DNA of 64,000 nucleotides from Amoeboaphelidium protococcarum X5 (Eukaryota; Fungi; Aphelidiomycota): the NCBI GenBank assembly GCA_023515725.1, contig JALDTO010000266.1:382708-446707 (forward strand), written 5' to 3'. This document shows, one piece after another, positions 51,018 to 64,000 of this stretch; the first letter of the stretch is position 1; each line of letters opens with the position of its first letter. The translations under genes and the position numbers were made by a program. Under the pieces are notes generated by a model. That model was not told the DNA's origin, did no database searches, and saw only the letters and a list, made by a program, of their open reading frames with translations.

Positions 51018-52274
51018 ATGACATTGAAATTGATTAGTGTTACTAGAGATTAGGCGCATGAATGTCATAAGGCTAATCATGAAGAGTGGGGAATACCGCT
51101 GACGGTTGAATAATATCTACGTCGTGAGGTTGTACTTTCAAAGTGTCGGTTCGCCAAGGATAACGTCACCTACTATGTTCTCATTGATGATCAAGATCCC
51201 GGCAAGTTCTTATGCCATTGTGAAGCTTATAAACGTCCGGCGCGTGTATATAAAAGTTAAAGTGAGTATGTGGAGGTGTAATGTGGTTCCATTGCGAGTG
51301 TCTTTACTCCTAAATAGCAAAGAGGTCGCGGCTATGCTTCCAAGATGATCAGCCTAATCGCGTAAGATCTGAGGTATCGTGGATTCTAATTTAGCACTCT
51401 GTTCAGTGATATTGGATGCGAGTTTTACGCCAAGCTGGGATGGACACCATTTTCTTCTTTGCAACTGCGGCTTGATGTTAAAGAATTTGTACAATTCAAC
51501 TAGTCGTTGGATGCTGAAGCTGTTTAGCTGAATGGCGACTCAGTCAGTGTGAAGGTGGTCACTGATGAACTGTTGGACGCGTTGGAAGCATTTGAATTGT
51601 CGGATCAATGTCTGGGCGAGGATTTGAACCGTGAGTATAATATGCAGTCATAGTCGGATGCGAAGGCGGAATAGTAGGTGTTGGTTGTATTGCCTAGTGC
51701 TGATACTTGGCGTTGGTTCCGCACCAGGTCAGATTACTACGTTGAACATTTGTACACGGACATCTCCAAGCAGTATCCACTAGGCCATTTCGTTCTTGGT
51801 AATGGCAAGTCGGATGTCAATGCGCCAATATCTTCAACGATGATATCCAGTTATATGCTTTACCTTTTTGATTTCAGATGGAGAACCATGTACGTTATGA
51901 GATGTCGATTTTCGTCCGAGGGTGATACTGCACTGCTGTGGAAATAACTGCTCCTAGTTGCCCGTGAGTATAGTGCACAGATTGACAATGTTGTATTTTG
52001 GAATCCGCCAGATATACTGATAGATGCCGTCTACTATAGCAAAGATGACGGCGTGAAATTGACTGACGTTCTGCGTACGAAATATGGTCCTATGGATAAG
52101 AGTGATGTGTTGTAAGATTCCATCAAGTTGTCACCTAATGGTGTCTATCTTGAGTATCGTGATAAAGATTCTATTCCATCCTGTAATTAGCTAAACTCAT
52201 AGCATGATGTATAAGGTAATCAGCAGTAGTAGAACATGAAATGGATCTAAAACTTCAAAGATGGCTGGGTGTGA
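51018..52274 (+). CDS. GNAT acetyltransferase, LYC1 (lysine N6-acetyltransferase)-like
   Basis: EWGIPLTVEQYLRRE, CHCEAYKRP, IASVFTP..RGRGYA, LFSDIG..FYAKLGW, DSIPS. Confidence 0.75.
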
Positions 52275-52341
52275 CCGAATAAATAGTTCACTTATTGATA
52301 GATTATTATTAGTTCTATTAACAATAAATCATAATTATACA

Positions 52342-54057
52342 TCAGTTTAAAATTGATTTTCCGTATCCACTGCCTTGAGATTTAACTTGTTTGAGTTAAG
52401 CCGCCATATCACAAAGTTGATCCTCGTGATGCCAAATGATCTTGGTCAATCGTGCCACTAACCGGTTCAATGCCAGGTTCTTTGCAGTCAAATCCTCACA
52501 TTAATTTTTATACTTATCCGCAGTCGCAGCTTCAATCGATTTCAACCGCTCAACTTCATAAAAGAGTTATCGTCGCTGTTGAGCAACTTGCGCCAGTTGT
52601 TGACACACTTGAATGTACTGTTACTTATAATCATCATCTTCCTAACCCGCAAACTATTCTAATTATTACATAGACTGGCGCTCCTCCAATTACAGCTCTA
52701 GTTTTCTACATTACTTTCTTAACTAATCGTTGTGTGATTAAAGTTGACTGATATTGATGAAATTTTCCTCAAGATCTGTCCAACATTACGCGTCAATTTA
52801 ATTCTCAGTCCTAGCATTATTACCGATCTATGCAGACTTCCACCGAGACAATTCATCATTTTGAGCTGAGAGCTCTGATATCTAATCTTGCAGTTACTAC
52901 ATTTACACCTTCTTGGTCTCTATTTAAGAATTCAACTCACTCAGCTTAATTTAGTTATCGTCATCAGAGCATTAAATTCCGATTTCGCGACTTTGAATTG
53001 CAACTGTGATGGTAGATTTCTCTGCCGTCGCAGCAGGCTTTACCTTCAAAGTCTTTTCCATCTATTCATTTAATTGCCTCTGAAGATTCAGTATTTGTTC
53101 ATTTAAAGCATTGATATTATCCCTCAATTATAACGACTCTTAATTTTTAATCTTAACTTGCTCCTAACTGTTTGTCAACTGATCTTATAGGTGATCAATG
53201 GTTTTGCGATGTTCAATCTCTATAACATTCAACTCCTGGGTACACGTGTCATTCTACAAGATAAGCTTTTGGTGAATGTCATCTCTATCTTCAGTCAGCT
53301 GATTAATACGATCCTAAAGGGCGGCATTCTAATTCTAAAGCAATACATTCTACGCATCAGCTTCGATCAATTTGTTACTGTATTCTTCAATCTCAACCAA
53401 AGCTTAATTGAGTTGACTTTAGATCTAATCCTACTGTTCCAACTATTATGCGTCTACATCATTTGTCTATTAATCTTGACCATATCTTTCAGCATCGGGG
53501 CCCACATTGGAATACTCAAAATCCTCATCCTCAGCAATGATCTCTCGTTGTAGGCTTTAGATTGGTGATTAACGCTCAGTAGCTTCATGTTCCGATTTAT
53601 CATAGGCAGTGTCCAAACTTCTAAAAGATTCATTTCTAACTCTATCATAAGATTAAACCAAGTCTCGTCCCCCTCCTTATTGCATTCCATATATATTATC
53701 TTATAGATCATCCTGGCCACTATAATCGTTAGATACACGGCGAGTGGGAGACAAAGCATTCATGGTCTAAGTGGTGATGTTTTAATACTCACTCAACCGC
53801 TCCTAGCTAGTCAACATTGGCTCATTAAGCGAGTCAGCACTCAGATTGAGTCTATCATGCTAATTATTTTGACTATCCTATTAATTTTAATCCACTTAGA
53901 ACTGTTGATCATTCCGAGTGGCTGAAACAATGGACGTTTGGCTACCGTCAATATCATGTTGGCTGCCATTCAGACTTGCAGTGGATTTTCGCTTTTTATA
54001 CTTTTCCAACAGTGCTTTCCCTAAATTGATCTTGCCATCTCTCTAAAGTTCCGTCAT
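52342..54057 (-). CDS. Long coiled-coil, golgin-like protein
   Basis: N-terminal RDGKINLGKALLEKYKKRK resembles the GM130/AKAP9-type motif; Q/E/L heptad-rich. An alternative in-frame ATG lies at 54099. Confidence 0.55.
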
Positions 54058-54227
54058 TGTAATATTTTAAAGTTTGACTGCAAGTTGAAATGACAGCATT
54101 GATACGACTTATTGAGATGCACCTAAATTAAGTTTCAAAGCTGATCAAACAGTTCCCACTCACCTTGGTAACTAACCATTTGAACTAAAAAACATATAAA
54201 GCGAGCTGTGTATTTATTAACAAATGA

Positions 54228-55409
54228 TCATGAGTCTGATTAAACATTTTTCGCGCCATAGTCAGCCGGCTTTTATTATTAACCTTAATCTCTTGTTCGT
54301 GTCCGTATGTGCTCTTATCCACCGTATTTGTCCAGGAGACTCTTCTTGATGCGAGGCGAAACTTTGTCCTCCTTCTTCGTCTTCGTACTCTTCTCTGAAA
54401 CAGATTATTACTTCTCTCTGTGCATCTTCTCAGTGAGCGTCGGATCGCCCATGAGACTGAACTTCACGTCGCCATTATTCCGTTTCGTCACATCCCACGC
54501 GAAAGTTAAAACTTCAGTCAACTTGGTCGTATCATCAGACTGGCGAACAAAATTATCACCAATGAACGAAGTGTCCACTTGTTTACCCTTGAGAAAAGTC
54601 TGCGGTTGCGGATCATCAAACATTGATCTAGTCTTGGGATTATATCGCGCACTCTCACTCCGAATATTAAGCAAGTACTTGGCAGTGTCTTCACGGATAC
54701 GCAGTGATTTGGACTTCATCTCCACATCATCAGGATCATACTGATACTCGGCGCGCTCATCATCTTACTCTGTGTCACTCAGAATATCAAGATCGCTGTC
54801 ATCATCATCTCCATCTCCATATGCTTTGTTATTATTATTCTTATTCTACAAAGCTTATTCTCTTTATTATTATTTCAACTTTCTCTTAGCCTCCTCAATC
54901 GCTTCCCACTCTTTAATACGATCCATCTACTACGCAGGATCATAATCGCGCCATCTATCTCGCTTCTCATCGTATGATACTTGAACATTATCCTCTTCAT
55001 TATTATCTCCCGACGCTTATTCATTATCTCTTTCACCTGAAGTAGAGGAATTTTTATGAACTTGAGGCTTCAGAGTCTAAAAGCTAACATCCTAGATTTT
55101 AGCATTCATCTTGCGCGGGCGCTGCACACAATCTTTGGTCGCATGATCCATAGAGCCACAATTTTCACAGCTGCCTGCCTTAAATTTAGTCTTAATTACC
55201 ACAGTTTCCATTTAATTCTATGCGCCATCCTATGATTACTAAGGCCTGGATTGAGATATCTAATCAGTCAGAGATATGACACGCTTTTTATCCAAATCCT
55301 TCTAATGAAAAGTGGAATCAATCTCATTCTCCATATACCATGGGGCATTAGTAATGAATTCTGGCACATTAATCTTTGAGCCATGATTTCTCCTCCTTTT
55401 AAAAGACAT
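54228..55409 (-). CDS. SLU7: Pre-mRNA splicing factor Slu7
   Basis: PEFITNAPWY, CENCGSMDHATKDC zinc knuckle, YDEKRDRW, LRIREDTAKYL, YNPKTRSM. Confidence 0.93.
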
Positions 55410-55670
55410 ATCTATAAATTTTTGGGATTGCTGTTTATCACAGTCCTCTCGGTGCGGTAATTCCTCTCGGTGTCCTAATGAGTGTGATCTTCAAATTGAA
55501 CAAAGAAGAACTCTCCGTCGCCGCAAAGAGAAGAAGTCTCCGTGATATGAATTGCGTATAAAAATCTCAAATATATTCATAGAAGTTCATAAAAATTTAG
55601 TGGCGACAGATAACTGAGTAATAAAATTCTAAATTATTTCAAATCATTCGTTTAAATTGCAACAAATCGT

Positions 55671-57011
55671 TCATGCTCTTAGAGCGCCGAAAATAGTCAA
55701 GTCCAGTTTGTGCAGTGCTTCTTCCACTTCTTCCGCACTAATGTTCAATGGCGGAATTATTCGAATCGTCTGAAACGTGGAGCATTTGAGCAGCAAAAGA
55801 TCGTGTTTTATCGCCGTTTGAGATATCCTCTTTGCTATGCCGTCGCACGTTGGGTCGAACTCTACACCGATCATCAATCCAAGTCCTCTAATATCCTAAA
55901 TTTGAGTATACTTTCGCTTCAACTCTTGTAAACCTCTTCTAAACTGGTTTGCGCGCTCACGAACATTCTTCATAATCTAATCATTAATTAGAACGTCTAT
56001 CGTTGCAACAGCTGCTGCACAAGCCACCGCATTTCCTCCGTAGGTGCCACCCAGTCTGCCTTGTACTTGCTGCATATTACCTTTCGCGTTCCTGTGCCCA
56101 AATGTAGGGCAGTTAACGTCAAGATCTATCAACGATGATCTGCCACCAACTGCACTTAATGGAAATCCCGACGCTATACCTTTCGCCATTATCATTAAAT
56201 CTGGTTCGAGGCCGATTGATTAATGCTGACACGCAAAATACTCTCCTGTGCGGCCAAACCCGGTCTAAACTTCATCAACTATCAGTGGGATACGGTGTTC
56301 TCTACATACAGATTGCAGAAATGACGCAAACTTTTACGTTAAAGGCACGTAGCCACCTTCACCGAGGATAGGCTCAATCAGAACAGCCGCAACATCGAAC
56401 GGATTCACCTGCTAAGACAGCAACATTTCAAACTGCCTTATACATTGATCTGATACATCATCAGGCTTAAGTCGGTCACTAAAATGTCGCGTGTAAGGAT
56501 ATTCTGCAACATGGACACCAGGCATCAATGGACCGAATCCAGCTTTATATACAGTATCACTCGACGTCAAAGCCATCGTTGCAGCAGTTCTACCATGATA
56601 TCCGCCTCTAAAGCATATGATATTCTAACGCCCAGTGACGTATCTACACATTTTTACAGCATTCTCAACAGCTTCAGCGCCGCTATTCACAAACATAAAT
56701 TTCTCACAGGATTTGGACACAATTTGTCTAAAAGAATCCATCAATTTCAACATCGGTTCATGATATCCCATATTCATTTATGCATGAATAATCTTGTCAA
56801 CTTGGAGCTTTGCAGCAGCGATTACTTTGGGATGACAGTGACCAAGATTAGTGACTCCGATACCGCAAGCAAGGTCTAGCAATTTTCTCCCGTCGTTTGA
56901 GTACACGTAACTGCCTTTCCCGTGAGATATCACAAGCTACTCATCCAGGTGACTGACCGCTTTACTCAACAAGTTTTTAGCTTTATTCATTCTTTTTGAT
57001 AGAGTATGCAT
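55671..57011 (-). CDS. Class-III PLP aminotransferase (GabT/4-aminobutyrate or 5-aminovalerate aminotransferase-like)
   Basis: GIGVTNLGHCHP, NSGAEAVEN, GGYHGRT, EPILGEGGY, DEVQTGFGRTG (Q = TAG), AKGIASGFPL, GGTYGGN, RGLGLM. Confidence 0.88.
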
Positions 57012-57711
57012 AGATTGTCATTAATATGGAGTTGAGGATATAACGAAATGTACAGCACAGTAAATTGAAAGAGAAAGCAAAACAATGACGTGTTATTACA
57101 CTCAATGTTGTCGGGAGGACCAACTTTGAGGCGTTGTCTCAAGAATGAAGTCTAAACAATATTCCTGATTTTTGTTTTTCCTAGCTGAGCACTGAATTTG
57201 TTTCAAATTATCGATTAGAGAACAGAGAGAGAGAGATATGTTGCATTAAAAAGCTGGCTTACACGTCTTAGATGTAATATATGGAACATGGTGTACATTC
57301 GCGTCAACATATATGCATTCATAGTACTGAACGCTCTCTTGTTCAAATTTCTAATGCGTTGCCCATTCACACACTTTCTCGGCGTTTGAGTTTGGCCATA
57401 GTTCGATAGTGCTTATAATGATGTATGTAGTTGCTTTTGTATTAATTAAAAGTGAGTAACACCAAGTGTATAACTTATAGTGGTAGATTTCATGGCTGAA
57501 ACAAATAAAAACAATCGCCCGTTTGGGAACAAGTTGATCAAACAACGACAGTCTGGATCGGTCCGGGGGAAAGTTTGAAGCCTCAATACAACAAGTTTGA
57601 TCGATTTGATGCAAAAATGCTCTATTGATTGATTATTGACACATTCTGTCTCAATTTCAGGCACTGTGTTCTCATTAATTAGATTATTCTGCTCATTGAG
57701 TACATTTTAGA

Positions 57712-59931
57712 ATGACGGTGGATTATTTTAGTGATTCAGGAAAGTGGCGGAAGCAGTCAGGAGGGAGTGAGTGCAATACAATCGCCGACTACTAACGATC
57801 GATTTATAGTTATGACAAGGTTATAAAGTCTAATCATTTGCGAGTTGGTAAGCTGGCGAAAAATAGTATGAAAGCTTCATCATCATCTTCAAGGCTTCTC
57901 AAGTAGTTTGTAGCAGTGTTCTTATTATGCTCTCTGCTATTTTGGTGCTTCATTTGTCACTTTGTTCTGTCTCAAGCTGAACGATCCTCGTCACTGTCGG
58001 AACTCTTTTACACGTCGTCGCAAGAAAGCTTACTTATCAAGCAGCGATAATAATCGACTGCTCCTTAACAAATTCTGTACAGAATTATTGGAAACGATCT
58101 ACCGCCACGCCACGATTTTAATCAGTCGATCAAGAATTTGTAATTTATGTTGAAACATGAAGAGTTGTTCCCTGATACATAGAAGGTGTTTGTACTTAAT
58201 CGAATAGTTGATCAAGATATCGAAAAGGAGCTGATAAGAATATTAGAGACTTACATCGCTGAGGTGAGATTCCGAATTAAAAAGCAGTCGCGTGGTAATG
58301 CAACGCCTCATGTCCCTTAGTTGGTTAGACTACCGTTCCAGATTAATGAATATAAGAAGTATGGTCAATTTGAGTATTCATAGCTTGAAGATGATTTTTA
58401 GTATTTATAATCTTATAGAATTATGAGCAATAAGGGAAAGCAGCTCTTGGAAGATTACATTCGATCGCGAAAGAACTAATACTTGATGAACAATAATGGT
58501 GCGCGTAACTGGTGTATTGAAGATGGTAACACCAGGTTAGGATTAAATGGTAGGCAGACTCATAATGGCTGGATTCTACCGCTTGATGGAAATTCGTATT
58601 TAACTAGATAAGCATGGACTGAACTTGGTTAGTGTATGCAAGATGCTCCACGGTATGTAGATTATTTAATCGTTCCGATGCAGAGAGTATTGGATAATCA
58701 CCAATTGTTGGATTCTAAATTCATACCTGAACCGCTTGATGAACCTTAAGTCGTCTTTAGAGTAGGCGCTTCATAACGATTTGATCCAGATATGCGGTAT
58801 GGTAGACGATCCAAGGTTGAACTGCTATGGAGATTGGGAGTTGTATCCAGGGAGAAATAGAAGTATTCGTTTATGCCATGGGAGAAATCTGCCTCTTCAC
58901 CCGCTGTGCCAGATCGTAGGGTGATGTATTGTAGTTGGGTGGCTCGTCTTTTTAGTGGTAAAGCTGAGTAAGAATCCACATCGACCAAGTCCACCACTGC
59001 TTCCAAAGTGAGGAGCTAGAATAGATTGCAGGGCATCTTGAATCTCATTTAACGCGTTGATTCAAAGACTTTTGCCTAGAGCTATTTGCCTTATGTTTTG
59101 ATATCTTCCAGTAGTGATACATTATATATAAATTCACGTTCTAGCAAATATCTCCGATAGTCTCACAACTCTGTGCTTGGCAGTGGAAATAAGATTTAAC
59201 CATTAAACTGCCAAATTGAACTAGTGGCAGATAATGATCCGTCTGTGTATACCAACTCTATTCTTGATCGTATCTGGTGCCATGCTTCTTTGCTCAAGTC
59301 TGATCAGTCGCGACAATAATGGTCCTCTTTTGCTTTGTCTATATCGAAATTGAACTCCTATTAGTTTCTGAACAATGTTTTAAATCTGGCTGCTTTGAAT
59401 GAATCTCTGCTGTCTTATATGTTAAATTTGAAGATTGATTTATTAGTTGATGCCATCCATTTAGTTAAAGATCTAAAGTCTAGTCAATTTAAGGATGTAA
59501 ATAGAGTGTAGCAGGATAGTAAAATTCTATTGGACAAATTCTTCAAAGTGGTCAACAGCGCAAGATTCGCGTTTGATCTCTCATTGGAAGAACGATCCAG
59601 AATGGATTACTAGCTAATCATTATCTTGCACTATCGATAAGATGGACTTAGAATATACGAAGAAGCCGATAGATTGCGGTCACGATCTCCTTTAATTATT
59701 TCTTTTTTACAGGCTTTAATTAGAGATGGGAATGACGACACTGAAAAGATTAAAGCTGTGATTGCCTATCTGCGTTGTCTTAAACTCTCACGAAAACTTG
59801 GATTCCATCTTGTAACTGATGAACTTATGCCAGAGTTTAGAGTTCAACTGTAAAAGTACCATCGCTATCTGACTGAAAGGCGTATAAGCATGCACAATAT
59901 TGAAGGTCTGATTGCATAAATATTAAGATGA
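57712..59931 (+). CDS. Type II membrane protein with an uncharacterised glycosyltransferase-like domain and a helical, possibly degenerate alginate-lyase-like C-terminus
   Basis: N-terminal TM; LYRIIGNDLPPRH, VLNRIVD, YLMNNNGARN, WILPLDGN, EPQVVFR, YGRRSKVELLWRLGV. Confidence 0.6.
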
Positions 59932-59983
59932 ATAAACAAAAACAATATACAATCATCAATTAATGTGAGTTCACTATTAAACT

Positions 59984-61666
59984 TCACCTACTGTCGTTAT
60001 TTAAAGGTACCTGATTAGATGATGGCACAATTTTGGCTTACTGAACAGCGAAACAACTGAGGATATTGTGGCCTTCAACACTTTATAATTCCACGCCTTC
60101 TTCTATGATTCGCTCTTCTTACAGTGCATTGAGGGCATGTCTAATTTATGCTGCCCACATATCACGCTAACCCTCATTAGCCACGGAGAACATATATGAT
60201 ACTTTTCTACCGGTTCGTTGATCGCGTTCATTGCATTTCATCTGGAATACATGCTTCTTAAATGGAGGTTCAACTATGACCATCTTGTTATGAGGTAAAC
60301 TAGATGTTGAGTACTTGTGAGCGGATTAGCCCAGCTTGAGCAGAGTAATGTACTTTCTACCTGCACTAAGTCCAGATAATCTAAATGTAGCAGTGTTACT
60401 CTCAGTAAAGTCCAGTACTGTGGGGAACGATCGTAAGCCTTTATGACAGAAGATCTGAATGACCAAGTTGGGATCGCGTCTGGGAATTGTGACAGTGCAC
60501 ATAGTGGTCTTATCCATAATGTACAGGCGAAAGGGAATCTATGACACGGTAATTTCCTCCAAATCCTCAGTATCATGTTCCATTGGGACAGCTACAGACA
60601 ATTTGTCGCGTACAATGCTTTGATACATCTGCACAAGCACTTCATTGCTCAGCTCTCGCTCCACGTCATGCAAGCGAAACTTGGCGATAAAGTCTGCCAC
60701 TGAAATCTTATACCGTCCACTCACGCGATCGCCTCCACCGCTACTATGCATCTCAGAATTAATGACCAAAAGACCAAATACCAGATTCAAAGTAAGTTGT
60801 GGGGAAGACAGTACACCGCTATTGTCGCCATGATATTTACGCGAGAATCCCTCCAAAAGAATGTCCATAGCATGAGCATCGCCTGGTGGACGAAAACTGG
60901 CAAAATACAATCGCAGAGCCTGATCTAGCCGGAGACCACCAAAGTCGAAACAATTCATGTACTGCTCAAATATCTCAGCATTGTCATCGGAGCTAAGAAA
61001 TCTACCAATACTGCACTTATTCAATTAAGGAGTGCTAAACAGGAACTCTGCGACAGCTACAGCATCTGGGTATATGAGTTGCTTATCGATCAAATAACTC
61101 AGCCCGTCTTGTGGATGTCGATCAAATTTCTCTAAAGCTTTCCGCATTGTAGCAGAGTCGTTAAATCTATCTGCTGGATCAGAATTTCTATCCAGCCGTA
61201 TATCAAAACTGAATAAATCCAAAATAGTGCGAATCTCGTATAGATTAGTATCATCAACCTGACTGCTAGTGACGCGACCATCTTCACCACCAGCGCTTAA
61301 TTTCTTGGCCACGATCAGAATATCATTGAATAAAAATAACGACCTCTGCTTGACTAACTGATTGTTGATCACCTCCCATACAGATCCTTTGCAGATAAAT
61401 TTCCTGAATGGCACCACCAAACTGTTAACAGAGGCCAGGAATTCTTTATAAATATTTTATGATGGCGCATTTTATTATCGCTGGCCTTAATTCTATAATT
61501 ACTCATGCTAATTCCTCCTCAGATCATTGTTTGAAATGGATCGAGGAGAGTAAAAATTGTGGCTATAATACGATTTTCCATCATAACTCTCGCTATATTC
61601 CCGCTATAAAGGCTTGAAATTCTTCTCAAAGTGTTCACTATATTCGTATTATTATTGCTCGTCCAT
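59984..61666 (-). CDS. Sec7-domain protein embedded in a split PH domain
   Basis: PH N-half RKFICKG...LFLFNDILIVAK; Sec7 FDF.GLRLDQALR.YF..FRPPGD, INSEMH; PH C-half YMFSV..EGQRDMW...I. Confidence 0.85.
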
Positions 61667-61964
61667 TTTAGTTTAAGATACAATTAATAGACACCACTTT
61701 ATTGCAGTGAAGATAAGATTTGAATCGCGTGAAGATCAAATCACATGGGATTGGCCCATTCCCTCATTGCTTTCTCCATGAGTATTCATTCCTACCTGAT
61801 TTCAGACTGGCACTCGATAAAGAGTTACATAGCAGCTTTTAATTAAGCCATTAGAAGTTTATTCGGTTATGCTTCAATTATTAGTACGCGTTAAATTTGC
61901 TGATAGTTCAACGCCTTTGATTGTTTAGTTTCTCCTTTTCCTTTCAGCGTTAAAAGCTCTGAAA

Positions 61965-62612
61965 ATGTCCAAGACACCATAAGATCAATAATACCAAGGC
62001 ACTATACCTCCGGGATGGACTGCTGTATGGGACGATAATGAGGGGGATTATTATTTCTGGAATAAATAGACCAACGAGACAACATGGGATAATCCAAGCG
62101 CTGTAGACAAGGATACCGAATAGCCTCTAATAGATCACCATGAACCTTCATAGTCTTAACAAGATGCTGGTAAGAGCTAAATTCAATATCAAGACTATGT
62201 TGTTACTGCATCGTTTGGCGCGCATACTAATAAATTCAAGTCTGATCTAAGTGCTGCATCAAAGCCTGCATAGTAGATCAATTCCCAAGTGACTGTATCA
62301 GACATTTAACAATCTTTACAACAACATAATGGCAAGAGACGTCAAAACCAAGGCGCCATGAAGCAAATGAACGCGTTTTTCAACTACGACGAATGGATCT
62401 CATAGCGAAATACCGAGATACATTAACAGACGAGTGACGGCATGAATAATGTACCCGCTGTTACCAACTCATAATAATAATAATAATCTGCATCTGTAAA
62501 GTAAACCAAAGATGGAAAAGTGAAGAAGCCAAGCAAACGGTAAATGAAACGTTTCAGAGAGAAGAAAGCTGCGAAACAGAGCGAGAAGAACAAATGGCTG
62601 TTTGAAGATTGA
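61965..62612 (+). CDS. WW-domain protein
   Basis: PPGWTAVWDDNEGDYYFWNKQTNETTWDNP; QMNAFFNYDEW; basic C-terminus. Confidence 0.8.
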
Positions 62613-62715
62613 AACGTTCCGCTGATTAGTTTCTCGATGCGGGGACCCGTCTTCTCTTTATTGTATCGTTGCGTTGGGGTTATTATTGATTGATTTAGTT
62701 CCATTATATTTGAGC

Positions 62716-63366
62716 ATGATGTTGAATAAACGTATCTTTGTGGGATAATCTTTGTTTACATATTCGAAATTCACATATCAATTCAGAGCGTATTCAAGTA
62801 AGCCACTAGAAGTCCATGATGGACGCGTTTTGTTCATTGATGCTACTGGTAAAAACAATGGTCTGTGTGATCTCGCCATTTTATAAAAGGCTGTATAGTC
62901 TGGGGAATATGGACCTGCAGCTAGTCTCATTAAAGTGTCTGATAATCATAATATGGATGGGAAAATTGTGTCAGTGTATAGAGTACAGACTAAAGATTAA
63001 GAATCTGCCGACGTGTCACCTCGCTCCGTATCACCGACCGTCACAGTGGCGAACAAGGTTAGAAAGTGGAAAGAAGTCAAGATTAGTGAATCTATTGGAG
63101 CAAACGATTTAAATGTAAAGATAAAGCAGATTAAATCGTCTCTATAATCTGATCACCCGGTCAAAGTGGTGTTGAATGCTGATAAGAAGCGCAAGAGTTA
63201 ATTCAGCCTGTCTAAGCCAAACTTTGGACCCGACATTCTGAAATAGATCAAGTAAACATTATCCAGCGATGGCTCACTAAAAGGCATTAAATTCACAGAA
63301 CCTTCTCGTGTGAATGACTTTTAATGGCTAGCTCAGATTTAGCCGTCGGTTAAGAAATAGAATTGA
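62716..63366 (+). CDS. Probable mitochondrial translation initiation factor IF3
   Basis: Presequence-like N-terminus; VLFIDATGKNNG; KEVKISESIGANDLNVKIKQIKSSL...VKVVL. Confidence 0.55.
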
Positions 63367-63677
63367 TAAGATATTCATTCTCATCCTTTTGATTGACACC
63401 ATAAAGCCGCGATATGAACTTCGTTTATAAAATGATGTCCATTAATGCTGCAAATATACTCCCAATCACGATGACAGACGTATAATGTTTCGACCGTAAT
63501 GGACGTGAGGATGTTCGAATGCCTATTCTCATTTTGTCATAAAAGGTTTGAAATCGGTAATAGATTAGATGCTTATCTTTCCAGCAAGAGAATATCAAAT
63601 AAACATCAAGTTCTCGTAATAAGTAGATATAAATTACATCATTCACCTTCTTACACTATAACATACACATACACACA

Positions 63678-64000
63678 TCATAACTATCCTCTCAAGGCCG
63701 CAGCTTCTCTCTTTTAGCGCTCAAGTTCAAGCAGTTCAATTCCACCAGTTTTCTTCAACTTTCTCTCCCCAACGAATCCATCCAGTTCGCGCTTAAATGC
63801 CTCACTCGGATCTTCTGATTGCTTTGCAGTCAGTTCTTTCTTTCTCATCTTCTCATTCAACTCTATAGCTTTTAATCTCTTGACAGAATCAATTTCTACA
63901 GCGGAGAGTTCGATCATCACAGACATAATACCACTGTGCATATCGTCCACATCAGGCATGACAAATCGTTTAGATGAGGTCACGTCAGAAGTCTCTTTCA
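63678..64000 (-). CDS. 3' end of a hypothetical protein (continues beyond the window)
   Basis: Open frame ...FKRELDGFVGERKLKKTGGIELLELERQKREAAALRGQL-TGA. Confidence 0.55.

Noticed and set aside
1-64000. Reading the fragmented ORFs as mass pseudogenisation or sequencing error
   Set aside because: The interruptions are only TAA/TAG, stay in frame and fall on conserved Gln positions in essential genes.

Overview
Compact, gene-dense eukaryotic genomic DNA with few, short (~65-75 nt) GT-AG introns. It uses a non-standard genetic code: TAA and TAG encode Gln and TGA is the only stop (translation table 6), so the supplied standard-code ORF track is fragmented. A fungal-type LYS2 together with TAR=Gln points to an aphelid such as Amoeboaphelidium protococcarum (inference). 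Re-translated by hand, the window holds about 30 host genes, including NSA2, an HDAC3-type deacetylase, pyruvate carboxylase, SNF5-GATA, a peroxisomal HADH, HSP104, acyl-CoA synthetase, SLC1, COQ11-like, LYS2, a LYC1-like GNAT, SLU7, a class-III aminotransferase, a Sec7 protein and several secreted or GPI-anchored proteins. Three mobile-element-derived loci become visible only in table 6. (1) A frameshifted Fanzor1 (eukaryotic TnpB-family RNA-guided nuclease) at <1-1391 with a structured 3' tail. (2) An intact pogo-type DNA transposon (1579-3579; 24-bp TIRs, TA TSD) carrying a second, convergent cargo ORF and inserted into a TAA(Gln) codon of an LRR gene. (3) A stand-alone, uninterrupted 573-aa Fanzor2 ORF (38113-39834, minus) with an intact RuvC D-E-D triad, no zinc-finger cysteines and no neighbouring transposase, which is the best candidate for a novel, possibly domesticated RNA-guided system. 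All family assignments come from motif recognition by eye; no database searches were run.
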